Source: Eledone cirrhosa (lineage: Eukaryota). Taken from it: 64,000 nt of DNA. Where the stretch lies: NCBI GenBank assembly GCA_964016885.1, contig OZ024755.1, forward strand, positions 18,786,001 through 18,850,000, written 5' to 3'. The notes under the pieces were generated by a model that had not been told where the DNA came from, did no database searches, and saw only the letters and a list, made by a program, of their open reading frames with translations. Positions 61,980-64,000 of the stretch are shown here, piece by piece. Each line of letters begins with the position of its first letter. The stretch's first letter is position 1. A program made the position numbers and the translations under genes.

Positions 61980-62929
61980 AGTTAGCAATTCAATATCATT
62001 GTTATATATATATATATAATATTTATACTAATAACATCAAATACAATAGTATGTAGTCAAGATCACTGTTAATAGTTTTCAACATTAAACAATAACAGGA
62101 TAGAGACACAACAATATACTGCTCTGATATATTGCTTATTGAATTTTGATGTGTGCTTGTGTATGTATGTATATTTGTGTGTGTGTTTGTATGTGTGCCT
62201 GTATATGTGTGTGTGCATGTGTCTGTGTCTGTTTAGTACCTGCAGCTGCTTCCATGCCAAAGTTTCACATTAATATCTAAGTATTTAGACAGACATTTTC
62301 AACAGACATTCATGTATACGAGTTTTTTGGTTTTTTTAATCAGCATATCTGTTTGGGTGAAGGGACAGGGCCCATCCCCTTCAGAAGTCCTCCCACACTG
62401 AAGGGATTCAGTTTTGTGTGTAGAGTATGTCAAGACAGGAAGATTTGGACACCATACCTTGCTCATATATTCCCTATATTGGCATAGTTTCTACAGCTAA
62501 ATGCCCTTCCTAATACTAACCACTTTACGGAGTGCTCTGGGTGTATTTTTTTGTGGCTCAAGCATGAACACTTTACAGAGAACATTGGGTGCATTTCATC
62601 ATGGAACTAGCACTAGAGAAGTTGTTATGTACTCAGCAAGACTGAAAAATCTTATGTTATATTAAATATATTTTGAACAACTTGACTGAAGAACTACATA
62701 AGGTTTGAACCTCAACCAATTTCTCTATGATTGAACAAACTAAAAAGAAAGGCATCAACACCATTGATTTTGATATAATCAACATAATGCTTTTCCCACC
62801 ACCCTGGACCAGATTTAGACCTGGGCGAGGGGGCTGTTCAGGTTCGGTGGGCCCCTCATATAACAACACACATATAAGTATATATATATATATATATTCA
62901 TATACATGTATGTGTGTGTATATATATAT

Positions 62930-63133
62930 AGGTGCCACGGGGGAAAAAAAAGCACCCAACACTCACTGTCAATGAGGTTGGTGTTAGGAAGGGCATCCAG
63001 CTGTAGAAATCAAGCCAGAATCAGTCCCCGATGAGCAAGACAAGGTCAGCTGACCGGACACTGCCCACAACAGGACAACCCGTCTAACCCATGCTAGCGT
63101 GGAAGAACGGACGTAAAATGGTGATGATGATGA
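62930..63133 (+). mobile_element. SINE family B/C 3' part
   Basis: Near-identical to 45968-46155. Confidence 0.75.
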
Positions 63134-64000
63134 TACACACACACAAATAAATTGAAAGAGAAAGAGGGAGAGAGGAGGGGGCTCTGTTTGTTGAGGGGAG
63201 GTGGACAGGGCAGTAACCCCCCCAAGACACCCCCACCAATAAACCCAACCCTTCCCTCACCCCTTTCTATGTTTTGAATTCAAATCAGGATTTGATCTCT
63301 AAATTTACATATTTTATTACACTCTGTAGACTCAAAGTTTTAATAGTGAATTACCATATTTAATGGCATATAAAGTGTGTGGTGAATATAAGACCATTCT
63401 ACATTTCAATGGGGGATTATTCAAGACAAGAAGATTTGATTGAATTAAAGTATTTAAGGTTTATTGAAATATGCAGACTCAGAGTAAGAAAAAGTACTTA
63501 GCTAAAACAGTAAATAGAACATGATGGAAAAAATCCTTTTTATAACACTTTTCCTCATATTCGATATATAAGTTTCTGAGATTCTGTCACAACATGTGAA
63601 GAGAGAGAAGTAGTTTGACTACCTCATACTACTCCCTGCGTGAATGTGCGTGTATTTTTGTAAGCACGCCTGTGTTTGCAAGTTAATATTTATATACTCA
63701 TACATATAAATGTACATACACACATGCACACTCATATACACATATGCGTCAGTGTATGGAAAAAAATTCTAGTATTGGTAAAAACTTAAAATACATGAAA
63801 TCACTAGTAGTTGTTAGTTTGTGAGTTTGAATATCAATTTTTGGTGGACATTAATAGATAGCTTTAGAAATCAGGTAGGGACAGTAATGAATTTTAACAT
63901 AATAGTTACCCACACCTACCTAAATTTCAAGTTTCTTTCAAAAGCTAATGGATGTTTCTAAGTAAAAAATAATAAAATATATGTGAGAGGTTACCTGTTC

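Overview
AT-rich, repeat-dense animal (eukaryotic) non-coding DNA, probably intronic or intergenic. The SINE, LINE and microsatellite content looks like an octopus or other coleoid cephalopod, which is an inference. No host protein-coding gene can be supported: nearly all ORFs in the track are read-throughs of (TA)n/(CA)n/(GGT)n/(ACT)n microsatellites, and the only protein-like ORFs are 5'-truncated non-LTR retrotransposon fragments (RTE, RTE-X, CR1, CRE-like, R4-like). The window also holds about 20 copies of one tRNA-headed SINE, several copies of a CORE-like SINE sharing its 3' tail with the RTE LINE, about 11 TTAA-flanked piggyBac-like MITEs, a clean hAT MITE, and several minisatellite arrays, most of them visibly born from pieces of these elements. 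The most notable signal is about 11 type I hammerhead ribozyme motifs (CUGANGA...GAAA...UH) from several sequence families, sitting in short Penelope-like remnants next to (TA)n tracts. Many are fold-back palindromes whose junctions fall on the ribozyme itself, and one junction captured 29 nt identical to a site about 1.55 kb away. All coordinates were counted by hand and may be off by a few bases.
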